Origin: Yuukianura sp. NJ FZ-2021
Lineage: Eukaryota
Direction of reading: 5' to 3'
Length of the DNA stretch: 64,000 bases
NCBI GenBank assembly: GCA_046563655.1
Contig: CM102289.1
Span: forward strand, 372,001-436,000
The translations under genes were made by a program, and so were the position numbers. Shown one piece after another: positions 1-13,400 of the stretch. The stretch's first letter is position 1. Each line of letters begins with the position of its first letter. Under the pieces are notes generated by a model, which saw nothing but the letters and a program-made list of their open reading frames with translations, was not told the origin of the DNA and ran no database searches.

Positions 1-5
1 TTTAG

Positions 6-80
6 GAATTGGAGGGAAAGTTGGAAAAGATGGAATACAAGCATGTTTCATCTTTTGCATTGGATTCAAGTGGTGAATAG
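6..80 (+). CDS. Possible terminal exon of an upstream gene (ELEGKLEKMEYKHVSSFALDSSGE*)
   Basis: TTTAG acceptor-like at the window start, open frame to TAG, several AATAAA downstream. No recognisable domain. Confidence 0.25.
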   Translation, partial: ELEGKLEKMEYKHVSSFALDSSGE

Positions 81-1488
81 AACAAAATATTCGGCAGAAT
101 ATTGATAAATAAATGTAAATATAATATAAATAATATGAATCAGGCAGAATATAAATAAACAAAGAAACAAGGACGGAGAACTAGTTGTTAGACTAGAAGG
201 AACTAGAACCTTTAGACATTTCTCGAAAAGCCGTCTAAAGTGCGGACAGACAGACACACGTTGTAATAATGTAGCTTTCAGGGCTTATTGAATTATTAAA
301 CGTTGAATATTTTGAAAGGTGTGTTAGGTATATGTACTAAATGTGCTGATAATAATAACAATTTCTGAATAAAGCACTTACAATTTAGAAAACGATTCCA
401 AACGATTTGTTTGTGCAAAACACAGACGTACAGTGAAATAAATTAATGCACTTTGTGAAGGAATGAAAAAGTAGAGAGGTTCACGGTTGACAAATTTTAT
501 TAGAGTTTATGAGGTGTTCATTGTTGGTTTGATCTTGATTAGGCACAATAATTTGTCAAGAGGTACGCGCATGTGCTGGTGCCGACTTCTTAAGAATGAT
601 CTGCATAGTGCTGGATACTTGAAAATGGAAAATGTATACAAGAAGTTGGAGTGACTGTTGGAGTGAAACGGAACTGAAGACGGAGGGAGTAACTACAAAA
701 TCCAAACTCCGAACTCAACAACCCCCGCAGCACTTTCCACTTTGTCAACAACCCACGGACCAAGGGGGTGGAAAAGTTTCACGGTTATACAAAATCATCT
801 TTTCCAAAGAAAAACCACAAAAGTTTAGTTTATAAAAAAACTAAAAAATTAAGTTTCTACTAAAAAAAAACGTTTCACTCAAAACTAAATGTTGATTTAA
901 AGCGAGCTTCCTCACTAGTAAAAACCGTATGCCTTGTTTAGTGCCATAAAAAGTACTAAAAATACAAGTATTTATGTATATATTTAAAACAATAGCTACT
1001 AACATTTACTCAGAGTGAAACAGTGGTAGGTGGTCGGTGGTCGGACAAGTGGTAGGTAGACTGAAAAGTGGTCGGTGGTCGGAAAAGTGGTGGTGGTTGG
1101 TGATCAGCGAAAAGTAAAAATTATATGTTACTTTGTCTTCTTTTAAATTCTGGCCGTTTAAATATTTGGGCGGTTTGCTCTGTAGTTGTCGGGGGAAGAA
1201 ATTCCTTGATTGTTGCACTCACACACCTGTATTCCCTCCGTTCAACTAAAAAGTTCATCTCATCCCTCGTCAGTTTAGAGTGAGCAGTGGCCACGGTCAC
1301 ACTGTGACTTCATTCTAACGCATGTGCATGTCCACAGCAGTGCAAAAACACAACTCTCACCAAAACATTCCTGCGTGTCAACAATCTCTTCCTTTCGCAA
1401 TCGCATTCCACCCTGCCACATTCTTTCACTTTGACATGTGAACTCCACAAAACTTCTAGTGCTCCAAGGGCCCCCAAAAACCACAAAA

Positions 1489-4400
1489 ATGGTCCCCTTA
1501 AGGGCCGTGGTCACTTCCGTGGTTCTTCTCTGGACACTTTGTCACGCCAATGTCACTCGTGACCTCCACTTTGATACAGTTGAAAACATTCCCGAAGGGA
1601 CCCTAGTTGGCACCATCACTGGTCCAAGTCCTCCGTTTCTCATAGTTGGGACAGACACGAGTGATTTAACAATTGACCAAAGCAATGGCCAGATTCGGAC
1701 CAAGGTCAAGTTGGACCGAGAGTCACGTGACCTCTACTCTTTTGTGGCAATTCCACTTAATGGAGGTGGTGAAAGTGTCCGTGTGTCCGTCCGCGTCACA
1801 GACACAAACGACAATTTCCCGACTTTCGCTACTTCTGTAATGACGGTTGAATTTCCCGAAAACACTCCGCGTGACGTCAAAAGAACTTTGCAGCCCGCAC
1901 GAGACAGTGATCTCGGACTTTTTAATACACAAAGATACGTCATTTCTGACGGCAACGTCAACAATGCCTTTCGGTTGTCATCGCACCGTGAACGCGACGG
2001 CGTGTTGTACTTGGATCTCACCGTCAACGGTTTTTTGGACCGTGAAACGACGCCGTTTTACAATCTCGTCATTGACGCATTTGACGGAGGTGTTCCGCCT
2101 TTGAAAGGCTCCATGACGGTTCACGTGACTCTGAGTGACGTCAATGATAATTCGCCAATTTTCAACCAATCACGTTATTTTGCCACGATTTCGGAAAATG
2201 TCACTACCGGAACGTCAGTTTTGCAAGTTTTTGCGACGGATACTGACGCAGGAGTGAATGGAAAAGTGACTTATGCAATTAATAGACGTCAAACAGACAA
2301 AGACTCTTTTTTTGTCGTGGACCAATCAACGGGCGTCATTTCCGTCAACCGCCAATTAGATTTCGAGACAAAAGAAATCCACGAACTCGTAGTTGTTGCT
2401 CGTGACGGCGGTTTGCAACCGCTGGAAACAACAGTGTTTGTGTCAATTCGTGTTCTGGATGTCAGCGATCATCAACCTATGATTGGGTTAGTGTTTTTGA
2501 CCAATCACGGTGGAGCTAGTGTGAGTGAGGGTGCAAATCCGGGTGAATTTGTTGCCCGGGTAACGGTGAGTGACCCGGATGAAAAACAAGACTATTCAAC
2601 TGCACAGGTCAAGTTAGTTTCTGGAGGGCGTGGTCACTTTCAATTGGAAAAACGCAACGGTGCTGTCTATCTTATGGTCGCACCGCGGGCCGTCATTGAC
2701 CGTGAAAAATTCCCAGGTAAAATTTTGATTTTCAGATTTTTTTGTAAATTCTAAAAGAATTTTTCAATTTTTTTTTTGTTATCAGCAGGGATGTCAAAAA
2801 TATTTAGTCTCCGTGCACATAATGTTAATGAAAAATATTTTTGGTGTTTTTGTTGCCAAATATTTATCTTCCCTTTTCCTTAATGTTAAATAAGTAAATA
2901 TTTCGGCGATTAAAAAAATCTGTCAAAATATCATGTGTTTTTATTCCATATTTTTGACAACTCTGATTATCAGGGGTTTACGGAGTGTCCAAAATTTTTT
3001 AAAATTTTAAAAAAAAAGTTACTGAATCAAAATTTTTCAATTTCCAGAATATGCATTGACCTTGACCGCGACTGATCCGTCACTACCGACACTAAATACT
3101 TCAATAACAGTGCGGATCGGAGTCACTGACCTCAACGACAACCGACCTCTGTTTAGTGACTCTGAATTTTATGGGAGTGTTGACGAAGTTGCCGACATCG
3201 GAACTTCAGTGCTCCAAATCGTCGCAACTGATGCCGACGAAGGTCGAAATGCCCAGGTCAAGTATTCAATTGTGCCAGTTCCAGGGTCACATTCTGATTG
3301 GTTCTCAATTGACCCAGAATCTGGGCTAATCGTGACCCGAGCACAAGTTGACTGTGAAACAGAAGCAATGCCGCGCATGACCGTTGTGGCGACAGACAAC
3401 GGTGCACCGCCGCTGTCCTCTTCGGCAACGGTTTTCATTCAAATCAAAAATATCAACGACAACGAACCAGTTTTTGACCAGAGTTTCTACAATGTTAGTG
3501 TTCTGGAAGATGCACCAGTCGGCAAGTGCATTCTCAAGGTAAGTCACTTTCGCACGTTTTATGATGTAAAGTCCTACGTTCAATTCAACCTGGAGCCGAC
3601 AAAGAAAAAAAAAATAAGCGTTCAAAAAAAAGTTTCTAAATTTCAAAAGTTACCACCACTGAACTTTATTACACTACCAGAAGGAAAACATAATGCATTT
3701 CAATTTCTGAAAAAAGGTGTGAAATTTCGGATCCAAATTTGTTTCTCTTTTCATGTTTTTCTCGACTCTCAAAAAGTTTCTCAACCGCCGAGTAATTTTA
3801 AAAATAGTTTTTCAAAAAATTTTGAATCTTCTTTTTTTGAGTAATGACAGATCACATATCCTTATTTTTTTTAACGTTTGAATTCTCCCGCCACCTCAAA
3901 ATTGTTGAGCGGCATTTTTTGAAACTTCGTGTGGGGCAAAGTGAGAATTTCGATGACAATCGAAGTAGAAATTTTGTGGTTTTGGCGGATTTTGGTAACT
4001 GGAGGGCACAAAAACCAAAATTGAGGATGATGACACCCCCCAAATTGTCCGAAAGGGGTGGGGGGTGTGATGTACCACACAATTGCAGCACAATTTACCC
4101 CCCCCCCCCCATCAGTAGAGAAGGGGGGGGGGTAATTTTAGTGGGGGGGGACTAATTTCCAGAACTCATCATTTCGTTTTCCTTGAGCTCATCTTGTCAT
4201 TATTTGCTCTTGTCGGCATTTTTCCAAATTGTTTGTCCAAGGACTTGGAGCCACGAAAGAGACGACTAGAGCATTGGGGGGACTTAAGGGGCGGGGGAAG
4301 GAAATTTGAAATTTGAAAGAAAAGATGATTATTTACAAGGGCCCTGCAGAGCCCTGTTCCACTCCTCCCTTTGTGTCCTTTATTCACAAGTCATGAGGTC

Positions 4401-7400
4401 AAGTGAGGCAGAAAGGAATTCTACAAACCAAAAACTTTAGCTTTTTTGAAAATAAGGGCCCTTCAAGGGCCCGTTTTCGGTCAGGTCTAAAGCATATGTT
4501 TGCATTCAAGGTCAATGTGCTGAGGAAATACATCAAATGCTGAGAAATTTTACAGTTGCAAATTTAGTGTATAGATACTTACATACCAGCAAATTTGTGC
4601 ATTAGTATAAGAAGGCGTTTGATCAAAAGTTATGCACTAATGTTTTTAATGCACAAATGTTTTAAAAAGTCGTGTAGGCAAATGTTATGCACAAATTTCG
4701 AAGTTGGCGAATATTCAAAAAAGGTTGTACACAACCATTGTGTAAGATACAGATGCAAAAAGTCATAAATTTTTCCATGTTGAAGAAAGTTTTTCATTTT
4801 CTGCAACATTTTTTGTGTATTTGCAATATGACCAATTTGTCAAACAAGGCGAGACTTTTCTGAGTTTTTGATTGATTTCAGGTACATAGTACTAGGTACC
4901 TCAAAATTTCTTTGGTTTTCGTTTTGAAAAAAGTTCGTTTTTCAATCCAAGTTGAACTTTTTTTGAAACTTTTTTTTTTGAAAATGAGTTTCATGTTGAG
5001 AAGTAACACAAAGGAAGAAGACAAAGTGCCTACGGGGACACTTACAGCTCCCTTTTCCTTCGAGATTTGTTCCAGAATAAGCGTTAGTGAAGTTCTGGTA
5101 GGCCAGATGCTGGTTCTGGTAAGGCCAATTCTGGTTCTGGTACACTCACCTTCTTCTCCACTGTTATTATCCCTTGCTCCTTCGTTGTCATTAGCAACAA
5201 ACCTCAAAAATTCCATTGTCTCGGCACCTGCATTGTTACTTCACACAGTTTTTTTCCTAAATTTGCTCCAATTGTTGGAAAAAGTTGTCTTTTTCTAAAA
5301 AAGAACACAAAAAACCAATTTGTTCTTCTTTGTTTTTGTTCAGGTGTGGCTTAACATGCTAAAATTTACAAAAAGTGTGACTTTTTAAAATTTTCACAAA
5401 TTTTATTTATTTTGAGGTAGTGATTGAGGTGTTAATTATGACACTAAAAGCAAAAAAAGTGCGTTTTTTGAAAAAAAAGTTGATAAATGATGGTGACAGA
5501 TTTGGAATCTTGAAATTAGAGTTGGAGGTGGATGACTAGGAATTTGCTTGTGGTTTTGCTGAGTCATGCGCAGTCGAAAACTTTTTTTTTTGTCATGCAC
5601 AATCAAAACCTTCTTTTGCTCATGTGCAGTCAAATTTTTTTGCTCATGAATCTTTTTTGATTTGCCTTGATTGTCGTACCAGACTTGAATTGACTTGAAA
5701 TTGACTTGGAATGAATTGAAAAGACGGGTTGGACAATGACTTGAAAAAGAAAATTTTTTGCATTTCTGTTGTTTTTTATTTCAAAGTGTTAAAGTCTTCA
5801 CTGTGTTATTAGAGGTGCGTCATTAGTGTTATTTTGCACATAAGGTCTAAATACAACTCTTGACAAAATGTAAATTGAATTCACACGAGGATTTAAATCA
5901 TTTCTAATTTTACTCGATTTTAATCACCAATCAACCTTAAGAAAATAAAAATGTATCGTTTTAGTATGAAAAATTTCGTGTTTTCGAAGGAATGTGTTTC
6001 TTTTTTTTTCAGTTTGTTAATTTTTTTTTGGAGTTGGTTTAATTCAGTTGACTAAGTTGTGGTTTTAATCGATGAAAAATGGGTTAAAAACGAAGAATAC
6101 TGCGCATGTGCAGGAAGCGAGTTGTTTGGTGGCATGCACAGGTTGAGTAGAAGATGAAATAAATTCCCACAAAGTCACCACCCTCTTCAAAAAGAAAAAA
6201 GTTCGAATCTTTTCCTTTGCGTTTTGGGAGCAACGGAAAGAAGAATTTTTTCCTCGGTGTGTTTCCTTCATTGTTTTTAATTTTTATGTTTTCCGACCTG
6301 GACAATAGAATTATATGTTCTCACTCTACAATTCTATTGTGTCTGCTCGGAAATTGTAGTAACAGAAGTTTTTTTTAAAGTCAAGCCCAAAATGGCGCCA
6401 ATTCAAAAAAAAAACTGATTTAAAAATTTCGAAACCAGCCTTGAAGCAAATAGGAGAAAAAAAAATTCTCCCGAAATTTTCTCCATCTCCAGAAAATTTC
6501 TCTCAAGCTCAAATTTTCTCCAACTCAAATTTCGCTCAAACACAAATTTTCTCCCACTCTTTCTCTCAAATTTAAATTTTCTCAAAGTTAAATTTTCACC
6601 AACTCAAATTTCTCTCAACTTCACAAATTTGAGCTTAAGAATTCCGTTTCTGTTGGTAGTTGGTGAATTTGAGTTTCGAAGTTTCGAAATTTCAAGTCAG
6701 TCTAAAATTTGAAATTTCAAAAAACAAAAACCTTTTTTTTAAACAGATGGAGTTTAGTTGTTTGTAAGGTTGGAAGGAGACTAATTATAGGCCAGTTTAT
6801 GACTTTGGTTGATGATGTTCATTTGTAAGGAGGCAGAAACTCTTAAAAATCGACTCCCAAAAGTCGTTACACCTTTCCATCCATTGTTCTTTTTTTGACT
6901 GGCCCATTAAATCCAACTCAACTTTAAACTTACTTCCATTTGCAATTTTTTAAACCTCTCAATTTTCTAAATTTCCAAACCCAAGTTGAAGCTCGTCGGA
7001 CTGTGGAATGTGCAGAGTCATTTGCAACTCTTCGTGCAAAAACTTTTACGAGTGACAAATGACACGGTTTTATGCTTTTTCTACATTTTTTAAACCAAAA
7101 TTTTGAAAAGCCTTTTTGAGTAAAGTTTTTTTTGTACCCTTCGTTTTTGCAAATAAACTTTCGGAAACAGGTTCCAAGGCCCTCATTACAGCACTATCTT
7201 TGTGTCATGTTTTTGTGTTTAAGGACTGTCATAAAAATAGGGTTTGAAGTTGCTTAAATTATTAGCAAATTTTTCCCAAATGATTTTTTTTGGAAAAAGA
7301 AACACAATAACGTCACAGTTTTTTTTCCTTAGTTGCTCTTGGGAACAACGTTGTAGAAAAATTTGAGTATCGAACTAAAAACAAATTAATTAGTAAAATT

Positions 7401-10400
7401 AGGTATTACGGAGTTGTGGTGTATATTTTGTATTCATATTTTCTGTGTAACATTGTAGCTATGTATCACGTTGTGACTACGTAACTTATGACTACGTTAC
7501 CCTACGTTGCCTTAACTCAATCGAATTTGATCTTCGTATTTTTCTAGGAGTACATTTAGTTGATATCCATGTCACAACTTCTGTTAGTAGAAGTTTCAAC
7601 TCGTTTCGAAATTTGGATCCGAGACATGCGTAGAGGATGAAATTGAGAGCAGAGTTGACAAGTATTGGTAGACAAACAATTGTGGCTGCCGCTTCAGGCT
7701 CCACTCCCTTCAGCATAAAGTTGAGTTCCAGTGCAGCAGCCAAGGAGTTCAGCAGGATGAACACAAACACAACTGAAAGCAACATTCTGGTCAGGGAAGA
7801 GTCAGAAGCAGTAGTTTGTGTTGTTGCTGTGAGACGCCGCTCTCTGGCTGCTTTGTTTACCTTATAAATATAGCATAAAAAATTTATTTTATTAATTTAC
7901 TTTTTTGTTTTCCATCACTTTTGTTTTGAAATTTACCGCTCGAAGGATGAGTATATTGAGTGTAACGATGGCAATAAAGGGAATTAAGTATAAACATGTG
8001 TACCACAGTACTTGTTGGTAAATAAGTTGGTAGAGTGGGTATCTGTGCAACTGACGCGGAAATCTGCTGCTCCATTCGGGAGACGATGCTTCGTAGCTCA
8101 ATTTCACAAATTCCAGCCATCGCGGTAAATTCATAAAAGTTGCAAATACAAATACTAACAGTGTGTAACGTCGTGCTCTCCGGATTGTAAACATCGATAA
8201 TACGCGTAGGGGCTTGGAAGTTGCGACATAACGCTCCGCCGTAACAAAAATCGTCATGTACACCGAAGCTGTATACACTACAGAAAAAGATTACAAACAG
8301 AAGCAAAAAAAAAAACAGAAAGTATTTCAAATTTATTATGCATTTTTCGTACTTAGCTAAAATATGCTTACTGGTTCTGTTCAATGGATAAGCCATGTAT
8401 CCATATAAACTTGAGCGGAGGAAATATTCTTGAAACAAATTACCGAATTCCTCCGCCATTGCAAACGACGTAATCAGGTAAATGGAATCGCAGCATGTGA
8501 GTCCCAGAAGAAGTATGCTTGTTGAGCTGCGCATTGCTTTGCGTATGAGCACCACAAAGCTCAAGGAGTTAAAAATTAGTCCTATACAACAGGTACAGTA
8601 AACAAATGTCATGTAAGTGTTGTAAATTTGTGACAAAAATGTTGAAGTTATATCCCAGAATCCATATAATTGCAATAGAAGTGTAATCCTGTCCTCTTTC
8701 TCGTGCCAATTGCCCATATTGATTGGAGGCAAGTACCCGTGTGTCCCGTTTAAATCAAAAATTAATAACATTTCTTTGTTAAAGGTATCGTTGGACAAAG
8801 TTACGTTTAATATTGTTTGTATGGCTGTTATAAATTGACCTTCGACCTCGTTCTCTGTGTCATAGGCAGGCATCATGATGGAGATACGCCGAGGTCGGAG
8901 TTTTACAAATTTCAGAAGCAACCTTTGAGAGAATACAGCCTCCATATTTATGGTCACGTCCTCTGCATGTGGAAAAAGATTGCCAATATTGTCTAAAGTT
9001 GGGTCGTCAATTGTACACCTATTGAATTTTAAAGATGTTATATTCGACAACGTCCGCATTGGTAACGTTTTGACTTGAACTTCAACAAACGCCAAATATA
9101 AGCTTTCTAGTGACCTCAATCCAGGTGACCCCAGGTCAACTACTGGACACTCTTCATCCAAATACTGACAGTCGATGGTCAGATATCCCAGTTCATGACT
9201 TCTCAAAATATCATCTATTTTAGTATTCCACAAATACGTATTGTGTAGTTCAAGGTATTTAAATTCTTTGGATAAATTGAAAAGGCCGAGGTCAATATCA
9301 CCAAATTTCACGCGCATCCACCATAGTTTGTTGAACTGTTGTCGCAAGTGAGGAGGAACCGAGTTGTAGCGGAAACTCAACGATTCTGTTTCAATTTTGA
9401 CGAGTGATTTGGCGGGAAGAAGTGCCACGTCAATTGTTTCTGGAACATGGCTAATGAGCTCTAGACGTTCAAGGACAATAGCCGACTTTATAAGTTGTGA
9501 CATTGTGCCGCCGATGATGTCATTGTACTTCAAGGTCAAATTTTTGACAGAGGTCAAGTTAAATGACCTCACATCAATTGTTCAGTGCGTTACAGTCAAT
9601 TTTTTGAAGTTTGGGAACATGCTGTACAACAGTATCCAATTGGGGTCATCTTTGATGATGTTGGATACACTCAACCATGAATTGCCCAATCCCAACGATC
9701 CTTGTGTAGCAAAGAAATCAATGTCAAAGTTCAAATTCTGGAGTACTGTGCTTATTCCTGTTCCAGTGATTTCATTTGTATAAAAGAAGATCACTGATTC
9801 GAGAGTTTCGCTAGCGTTCGAACCATAAACCTGGTCAAATTTAAAAATTTTTAAATTTTGAAGGTAAATCTTTTCAAAATTCGTCTCAGTTTTCCATCCC
9901 CACTCTACTTCCCACAACTTCAAAGTTGTCAAATTGGTACAATTGGCTAAAAAATTTGCGAGTGTGGATCTCTGCACACGCACATATACTAATCTAACTT
10001 CTGTAAGTGCACAGTGACCATCGACTGTTAATACTTTTTCAATTCCTTCGAAATCCTCCAGAAAAGTTTCGTTTCCTTCCAGTATTATTGTATTTTCCTT
10101 TAAAAAAAATAGAGTCTGTATTATATTGTATCCTTTCGTTTATAAATAAATTAATTGTTTTTATATTAATTTCCATTAATCATTGTTGTTGAGATACTTA
10201 CAGTAATATACAACGTAGCCTTTGCAACTGGAACGACCAGAAATACTAATAAACTTAAGCAGAACCTCATAGTACAGGATTTTTGAAAATGGAATGACGC
10301 GCAAGAATGTTGTCTTGTTCGAAATTTTTTGAGTTCTGAAAGCAAAAGAGGAAAGCAATTCGTTTTTATCCACGCTTAAAAATAAAAATATGGCTAGTCT

Positions 10401-13400
10401 AATTGCGTCCTTTGAAGTTAATTTAATTCACTAAATTTGTTAGCTAAGGGTGCTAAACTAAGATAACAAATTTTCTTTTATTTTTTTTTCTTAACAAAAA
10501 ATTAGTTAGTTAACTCTGCGTATTCGTCGATAATTAATGTTCGGCAAATTATTTGCGTAAATCATTAGCAAATTTCCCGCAACCGATTTTTAAATACAAA
10601 AAAACCACAAATCTTGCCGTTCTTTCCTCAGTGGTTTGTAGCCACACCGTTCTACAAAAATTTGAGTTGCGTAGTAAGAAAAATTTAGGCGTAAATTTGT
10701 TTAGTACAATTGTTTGCAACACTATATAACACTAAATACCAAAAATTTCAAAATTTCTTAAAAGTGACGATAATCGATAAATACCTGAGCGCTAATCTCT
10801 AAACATTTAAACTTTGTACAAAAATACTTCCGGCACATGCTGCATTTTCGCCAAAAAACACGAAATATACATTATGCATACAATGTTTTGATATTTATAC
10901 ATTATGCATGATATATACATCATATATAAAGTGTGCATTAACACGAGATATAGTCAAATGTGCATAAAGTGTGTAATATAGATGAAATGTTTATTATACA
11001 TGAGATTACGTAATGCATTACACGCGAAATGCTCATACATAAATAGTCCATTAGAGATAACATAAAATGTATGCTATACGTGAAATGCTATAAGCATTAC
11101 ATAACTGCATACGGTTAGAATGTTGGGCAATACCATCTATTTGTTATGTTATACATACCATAACCTTCTCAAAAAAGTTAAGTTGAAATTTTTTTTTGTG
11201 TTGTTGGAAGCAATTTTGAAAAGTTGTAACTTCCATTTCCCAGTTGTTTTGAAATAATTGAGAGATGCTATATAGTAATCCAAACTCCACATTCTGCACT
11301 ATTGATTGGATTAAAATTGAGCCTCTTGGGATCGAATCCTCTCCGGTTCTTTTTTTTTTCAAAAAAAAATAATGATGAGAGGCAAAAAACGAAGGAGAAG
11401 AAGGTGATGATATCATTTGGAATTGTTTTTGATTCTTCCCTCCTGCAACTTTTGGGAAGGAAGAGGAAGATAATAATGGAGGGAGCACGAAATGGCTCCA
11501 AAATTTAAGTATAGGCTTTGACTTTGAGAGAGGATGGAGCAGGAAAAAGTGGAGGATGCGCACAACTCTTCGTTTTTCTGGTTTCTCTCAACCACTCCTC
11601 CAGCCTCAAGAAAATTAGTGGGAACACACAATTTCAAATTTCAAAAGTTCCCTCTTCTTTTTCCAAGGGTTGGTCCATTGTCTTTTGAATTGCATCTTGA
11701 ATTTTCAAATGACACAGAAGAGATCACAGAGGTTGGCACTCATAAAAATTACATCACTTTTTTCAAAATTTAAAATTACCGCAATCCGTTTTTTCAAAAT
11801 TTAAAATTACCGCAATTCTGGTCAGGTTCAAAATTGTCCGAGTCGGCACAGGCGCAGAGCGTGGGAAAATTAGAGGCGTTTTTGTAATTATTTTTTGTGA
11901 GGAACTCCATTGTTTCTGATTGACTTTCAAATTTTGTTGAAAGAAAAAGCTTTATACTAATGAAAGCTTACATAAAATTGTAAGTCTGTTACAACTTTCA
12001 ATCTTGTGTTTTTTGAAAAGTCAATATTTAGAAAATGTTGGAATAATATTTTTGAGTTGAAAAACTAAATTTTGGCAATATTTTTGAATTGTTCGAAGTT
12101 GAAGGACCTCCTAAGTACTCGCCCTGAGGCGATGGTCATATAAGGCCCCCTGTACATTTTTTCCTCTTTCTTTCTTTTTCCTGTTTTTTTCGTTTTTTTT
12201 TTTTGAAAAGTTCCCCGGTGCTTAAATTGGTGTTCGCTGAAAGATTTATTCCCGTCCACTTTTGTTTAACCCTCTCTGAACTTTTTAGTTTGTCTGGAAG
12301 GAACGTGCCTGCTGCCAGCAGGCTTAAAAATACTGGTCAACTTTTTCAAAATTTATTGACTTTTTAGTACTCGCGAACAAAAAAAAAATTAAAAAGTGCG
12401 GGAAAATTGTTTTAGATTGAGGTTAGAGTTAATGTTAATTTTGATTTTGCCACTTTTGTTTTAATTGGTTTTTGTAAAGTGTAACTCTGTTTTAATGAGA
12501 TGGAACCACACACACAGGAACACACTTCTTGTACACAGACTTTCACTTCCTTCCTTCCAATGTCACTGATAAAGTTGTCGATTAGAATATTGCACCACTC
12601 GATTAGACTTGTGCACCACTCCTTTGGATATTAGTTGACTCTCAATCAATCAATCCAACTTGACATTGTGCCAACCAACGCATCCTAAATCAATACGAAT
12701 TCTTAATCAACTTTTCCTTGTAAAAGAGGCTCTCAGGAGGACAGTGGGCGGAAAACTTTGTTTGGTCAAAAAAATTAAAAAGAAACAGAGTTGTGCTCAT
12801 TTTTCAAGAACAAAAGGCCATTCGGGTCAATTCTGCCCAACTCTGTTCTCAAAATGTTCAACTTTTGCCCAAATCTACTTTCAAAATATTCAACTTTTGC
12901 CCAGCTCTGCTCTCAAAATATTCAACTTTTGCCCAACTCTTCTCTCAAAATATTCAACTTTTGCCAAACTTTTAAGGCTTAACTTTGAGAGATGAAGTTT
13001 TATAAAAACAGCTTTACCAAGTGCAAGGGTCTAGATTTTTGCGAGGTATTTGCGAAGACTTACGGTATTTTAGTGTAAATTTTTGCTCAACATTGCTTCC
13101 GGCGAGGAGAGAGGAATGATTCACTTTTTGAGAAACAACTTAAAAAGTTGAGCAAAACATTGCATGTTTGCGGTGGAGAAGAATTTCATCAAAGTTTGCA
13201 GAATTCAGATTTTGACACATGGGCCGGGTGCTTTTTTTTTTTCAAAATTGAAATTTTGAATTTAATAGGCAGAGGACCTAAAAGAGAGTAATAAAAGTGA
13301 AAGCCGGTTCTCCTACATCTCTTTACTTTCAAAATTTTCTTCAACTTTTTTGGTCTCGAGATAAGACTCATGGAAGGAATTCCAAATTTCAACTTTTTGC

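Noticed and set aside
1723..3646. Antisense and alternate-frame ORFs over cadherin exons
   Set aside because: Shadows of the ds coding sequence.
4030..4150. G/C homopolymer tracts with quadruplex or hairpin potential
   Set aside because: No supporting context; could be simple low-complexity sequence.
4878..5298. Overlapping 112-aa and 128-aa ORFs in ds intron 2
   Set aside because: Low complexity, no domain and no coherent exon chain, although one minus-strand donor-like AAG|GTGAGT is present.
12836..12970. 32-bp repeats resembling a CRISPR array
   Set aside because: Head-to-tail units without unique spacers, in a eukaryotic intron, with no cas genes. It is a minisatellite.
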